In this document: in pieces, positions 59,985 to 64,000 of the stretch
Position numbering within the stretch: the first letter of the stretch is position 1
How the letters are laid out: every line of letters starts with the position of its first letter
Origin: a bacterium
GTDB lineage: Bacteria; UBA8248
Reading direction: 5' to 3'
Length of the DNA stretch: 64,000 nucleotides
Assembly: GCA_965199855.1 (NCBI GenBank)
Contig: OZ241326.1
Span: 1,024,001 to 1,088,000, forward strand
Notes under the pieces: generated by a model
Told to the model about the DNA's origin: nothing
Database searches by the model: none
Seen by the model: only the letters and a program-made list of their open reading frames with translations
Made by a program: the position numbers and the translations under genes

Positions 59985-62900
59985 ATGCCCGCCGAATTCG
60001 TTCATCTGCATCTGCACTCCCAATACAGCCTTCTGGACGGCACCACGCGCATCGACGACCTGGTGAGGCGCGCCGCCGAGCTCGGGCAGCCCGCCGTGGC
60101 GCTCACCGACCACGGGAACATGTTCGGCGCGGTGAAGTTCCACGAGGCGGCGCGGAGGGCGGGCGTCAAGCCCATCATCGGCTGCGAGGTCTATGTCGCC
60201 CCCGGAAGCCGCTTCGAGAAGGGCGGGCGCGCCGGCGGGGGGCGCGCCTACCACATGGTGCTGCTGGCGCAGAACCGGACGGGCTACAACAACCTGTGCG
60301 AGCTCGTGACGCGCGGCTTCACCGAGGGGATGTATTATTTCCCGCGGGTGGACCGGGAGCTGCTGGCGAGCCATGCCGAGGGACTCATCTGCACCTCCGC
60401 CTGCCTGCGCGGGGAGGTGAACGACCACCTCCTGCACGGCCGCCCGGAGGCGGCGCGCGAGGCGGCGGAGTTCTACAGGGATCTCTTCCCGGGACGCTAC
60501 TACATCGAGCTCCAGGACCACGGGATGCGGGAGGACAGGGAGGTCATCCCCAGGGCGATCGAGCTGGCGAGGGAGATGGACATCCCCCTCGTCGCCGCCA
60601 ACGACGTGCACTACCTCGACAAGGGGGATCACGGCGCCCAGGAGGTGCTCATCTGCATCCAGACGGGCAAGACCCTGAACGACCCCAACCGCATGTCGAT
60701 CAAGAGCGAGGAGTTCTACATGAAGGACGCCGCCGAAATGGAGGCGCTCTTCGGCGAGGTTCCCGAGGCGCTCGCCAACACGCTCGCCGTCGCCGAGCAG
60801 TGCGATTTCGAGTTTGAATTCGGCGCGGCGCACTACCCCGACTTCCAGACGCCCGACGGCGCGGGAAAGAAGGAATACCTCGCGCGCGCCGCGGAGGAGG
60901 GGCTCGCGCGCAAGCTCGCGCGCTTCGGCGTCAAGGGCGCCGAGGCGGAGCGCTACCGCGAGCGGCTGCGGATGGAGCTCGAGGTCATCAGCGGCCAGAA
61001 CTACGAGGGCTACTTCCTCATCGTGTCGGACTTCATCCGCCACGCGAAGGAGCGGGGCATCCCCGTGGGGCCGGGGCGGGGGTCGGCGGCGGGCAGCCTC
61101 GCCGCCTACGCGCTGGACATCACGGGCATCGACCCCCTGAAATACTCGCTCCTCTTCGAGCGCTTCCTGAACCCCGAGCGCATCAGCCCGCCGGACGTGG
61201 ACATCGACTTCTGCATGGACAGGCGCGACGAGGTCATCCGCTACGTGCAGGAGAAATACGGACGCGAGAACGTCTGCCAGATCATCACCTTCGGGAGCAT
61301 GCTGGCGAAGGGCGTCCTGCGCGACGTGGGCCGGGTGATGGACATGCCCTACGGGGAGGTGGACCGCATCGCCAAGCTGGTGCCCAACGAGCTCAAAATC
61401 ACGCTCGAGGACGCCATGAAGAAGGAGCCGCGCCTGCGCGACACCGTGTCGCGCGACCCCCGGGTGGGCGAGCTGATGGACACGGCGCGGAAGCTCGAGG
61501 GCAACATCCGCCACGCGGGAACGCACGCGGCGGGGGTGGTCATCGCTCCCTCGAAGCTCACCGACTTCGCGCCGCTCTACCAGGCCTCGGGCGGCGAGGT
61601 GATGACCCAGTTCGACATGAAGGACATCGAGGAGATCGGCCTTCTCAAGATGGACTTTCTGGGCCTCAAGACGCTCACGGCGCTGGACCGCGCCGAGCGC
61701 CTCGTGCGCGAGGGCGGCGGCGCGCTCGACATCGAGACGCTCCCCCTCGACGACGCGGCGACCTACCGCCTCCTCGCCGAGGGCAGGACGACCGGCATCT
61801 TCCAGCTGGAGAGCCGCGGCATCCGCGAGTATCTGCGGAAGCTCGCGCCCACGACCTTCGAGGACCTGATCGCCATGGTGGCGCTCTACCGCCCCGGCCC
61901 GCTCGAGAGCGGCATGGTGGACGCCTTCATCAACCGCAAGCACGGGCGCGCCGAGGTGGACTACGTCTTCGAGGAGCTTCGCCCCATCCTCGAGAGCACC
62001 TACGGCGTCATGGTGTATCAGGAGCAGGTCATGCAGATATCGAACGCGCTCGCGGGCTTCTCCATGGGGCGGGCGGACGTGCTCAGGAAGGCGATGGGCA
62101 AGAAGAGCCCCGAGCTCATGGCCGAGCAGCGCAGCGACTTCGTGGAGGGCGCCGCCGCGCGGGGGCGCGACAGGAGCAAGGTCGAGTTCCTGTGGGAGCA
62201 GATTCAGCAGTTCGCCGGCTACGGCTTCAACAAGAGCCACAGCGCCGCCTACGCCCTCATCGCCTACCGCACGGCCTACATGAAGGCCCACCACCCGCGC
62301 GAGTTCATGTCCGCGCTTCTCACGTGCGACCGCGAGAGCGCGGACAAGGTCATCAAGGACATCGCCGAGTGCCGGAGCATGAGCATCTCCGTCCTTCCCC
62401 CGGACGTGAACGCCAGCCAGAAGGACTTCACGGTCGAGGCGGAGGCCATCCGCTTCGGGCTGGCGGCCGTCAAGAACGTGGGCGAGGGGCTGGTGGACGC
62501 CGTCCTGGCGAGCCGCGGCGAGGACGGCCCCTTCGAGAGCCTGGAGGATTTTTGCCGGCGCGTGGATCACCAGCACCTGAACCGGCGGGCGCTCGAGAGC
62601 CTCATCAAGGCGGCGGCCTTCGACTCTTTGGGCATCGGGCGCGCGCAGGCGGTCGCGTCGCTGGACATCGTACTCGAGGCCGCGGTTCGGGAGCAGAAAA
62701 GCGCCGCCATGGGGCAGGGAGCCCTCTTCGGGGAGGAGCAGGCGCCCAGGAGCGCGCTGCATCTGCCCGAGGTGGCCGAGTGGGAGCACAGGGAGCGCCT
62801 GGCCAGCGAGCGGGAGGTGCTCGGCTTCTACGTGTCGGGGCATCCGCTCGACGACTACCGCGAAGTCATCGAGCGCTTCGCCAACGTCGACGCTACGGGG

Positions 62901-63416
62901 CTCGCCGAGGCCGCCAACGCGCGCCGGATCAGGATGGCGGGCCTCATCCGCTCCTACCGCCTGCGCACGACGCGCGCGGGCCGGCGCATGGCGAACTTCG
63001 TGCTGGAGGATCAGGCGGGCACGGCGGAGATGACGGTGTTTCCCGACGTGTTCGAGAGCTGCCATGAAATTCTGGAGAGCGAGGAGCCCGTTCTCGTCGA
63101 GGGCGCCGTCGAGGCCTCCGAGGACGGGACGCAGGTGGTCGCGCGCGCCATCGAGCCCCTCTCGGGCGTGGAGGTCAGCCGCGCGAGCAGGGTGCTGGTC
63201 GATCTGGCGCCCGAGTGCCGCGCGCCCAATCGCCTGCAGTCCATCCGCGAGGCGCTGGCCAGGCACCCGGGCAGCTGCGCCGTGCTCTTCACGCTGCGGT
63301 TTCCCGACCGGGAGGTGCGCATCGAGGCGGGCCGGGAATACGCGGCGGCGGCGACGGCGGAGCTCACGGCCGAGCTCGGGGAGCTGGCGGGCGCGGGAGC
63401 GGTTCATCTTGAGTAG
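59985..63416 (+). CDS. dnaE: DNA polymerase III alpha subunit
   Basis: HLHLHSQYSLLDG, GRGSAAGS, PDVDIDF, HAAGVVI, KMDFLGL, YGFNKSH. Confidence 0.98.
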   Translation: MPAEFVHLHLHSQYSLLDGTTRIDDLVRRAAELGQPAVALTDHGNMFGAVKFHEAARRAGVKPIIGCEVYVAPGSRFEKGGRAGGGRAYHMVLLAQNRTGYNNLCELVTRGFTEGMYYFPRVDRELLASHAEGLICTSACLRGEVNDHLLHGRPEAAREAAEFYRDLFPGRYYIELQDHGMREDREVIPRAIELAREMDIPLVAANDVHYLDKGDHGAQEVLICIQTGKTLNDPNRMSIKSEEFYMKDAAEMEALFGEVPEALANTLAVAEQCDFEFEFGAAHYPDFQTPDGAGKKEYLARAAEEGLARKLARFGVKGAEAERYRERLRMELEVISGQNYEGYFLIVSDFIRHAKERGIPVGPGRGSAAGSLAAYALDITGIDPLKYSLLFERFLNPERISPPDVDIDFCMDRRDEVIRYVQEKYGRENVCQIITFGSMLAKGVLRDVGRVMDMPYGEVDRIAKLVPNELKITLEDAMKKEPRLRDTVSRDPRVGELMDTARKLEGNIRHAGTHAAGVVIAPSKLTDFAPLYQASGGEVMTQFDMKDIEEIGLLKMDFLGLKTLTALDRAERLVREGGGALDIETLPLDDAATYRLLAEGRTTGIFQLESRGIREYLRKLAPTTFEDLIAMVALYRPGPLESGMVDAFINRKHGRAEVDYVFEELRPILESTYGVMVYQEQVMQISNALAGFSMGRADVLRKAMGKKSPELMAEQRSDFVEGAAARGRDRSKVEFLWEQIQQFAGYGFNKSHSAAYALIAYRTAYMKAHHPREFMSALLTCDRESADKVIKDIAECRSMSISVLPPDVNASQKDFTVEAEAIRFGLAAVKNVGEGLVDAVLASRGEDGPFESLEDFCRRVDHQHLNRRALESLIKAAAFDSLGIGRAQAVASLDIVLEAAVREQKSAAMGQGALFGEEQAPRSALHLPEVAEWEHRERLASEREVLGFYVSGHPLDDYREVIERFANVDATGLAEAANARRIRMAGLIRSYRLRTTRAGRRMANFVLEDQAGTAEMTVFPDVFESCHEILESEEPVLVEGAVEASEDGTQVVARAIEPLSGVEVSRASRVLVDLAPECRAPNRLQSIREALARHPGSCAVLFTLRFPDREVRIEAGREYAAAATAELTAELGELAGAGAVHLE

Positions 63417-64000
63417 CGGGCCGCCCCTCCGCGCCGCCTTCCTGGGCCGGACGGGGTTCATGGAAGCCTGGGCGCTGCAGAAGCGCCTGTGGGCGTCGCG
63501 CGCCGAGGGGCGCCTGCGGGAGGACGCGCTTCTTCTCCTGGAGCACGATCCCGTCCTCACGCTGGGCAGGGGCGGGAGCGAGGAGAACGTGCTGTCGAGG
63601 GTCTCTCCCGTCGACGGCGCGGAGGTTCCGCTCGCGCGCGTCAACCGGGGCGGCGAGGTGACCTTTCACGGACCGGGCCAGCTGATGCTCTACGCGATCT
63701 GCGATCTCAGGGAGCGCGAGCGCGACGTGCACCTTCATTGCAGGCGGCTGGAGGAGGTCTTCGCGCGCTGCCTCGAGGCCAGGGGCCTGCGCGCGGAAAG
63801 GAGGGCGGGCAGCCCGGGCCTGTGGGTGGGCGGCGGGAAGATTCTCTCCCTCGGCGTGGGCGCGAGGCGCTGGGTGACGATGCACGGCGTTTCGTTCAAC
63901 GCCTCGCCCGATCTCAGATATTTCGGGATGATGCACCCCTGCGGCGAGGTGGGCGGACGCGCGACCTCCCTGGAGAAGCTCCTGGGGGACGCGCCGCCGC
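63409..64000 (+). CDS. lipB: Octanoyltransferase LipB (3'-truncated by the window)
   Basis: LEHDPVLTLGR, NRGGEVTFHGPGQL, KILSLG, HGVSFN, PCG; TTG start overlaps the dnaE end. Confidence 0.92.
   Translation, partial: MSSGPPLRAAFLGRTGFMEAWALQKRLWASRAEGRLREDALLLLEHDPVLTLGRGGSEENVLSRVSPVDGAEVPLARVNRGGEVTFHGPGQLMLYAICDLRERERDVHLHCRRLEEVFARCLEARGLRAERRAGSPGLWVGGGKILSLGVGARRWVTMHGVSFNASPDLRYFGMMHPCGEVGGRATSLEKLLGDAPP

Overview
GC-rich (roughly 65-70% by eye) bacterial chromosome segment. Housekeeping blocks are yebC-ruvCAB, kdsD, polA, rnr-smpB-ssrA (tmRNA), ppk1-ppx, recD2-mazG, mutL, guaBA and dnaE-lipB. Between them lie catabolic genes and short AT-richer inserts: an exported OB-fold-like gene, a DUF429 gene, a type II restriction-modification pair and a DUF2335 pair. 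Three things stand out. (1) An operon (7491-13098) joins a B12-dependent acyl-CoA mutase with a remodelled active site, a family III CoA-transferase, a decayed crotonase and a 3-sulfinopropionyl-CoA desulfinase-like enzyme; this may be an undescribed organosulfinate pathway. (2) An autotransporter gene has a leader ORF running through 16 copies of an 8-bp repeat, with a different outcome in each of the three frames, and is bracketed by mosaics of two REP families. (3) Several unexplained cis elements: 21-bp-phased repeats next to an IHF consensus, NrdR-like boxes between mazG and mutL, and a structured guaB leader. All family assignments come from motif recognition by eye; no searches were run.
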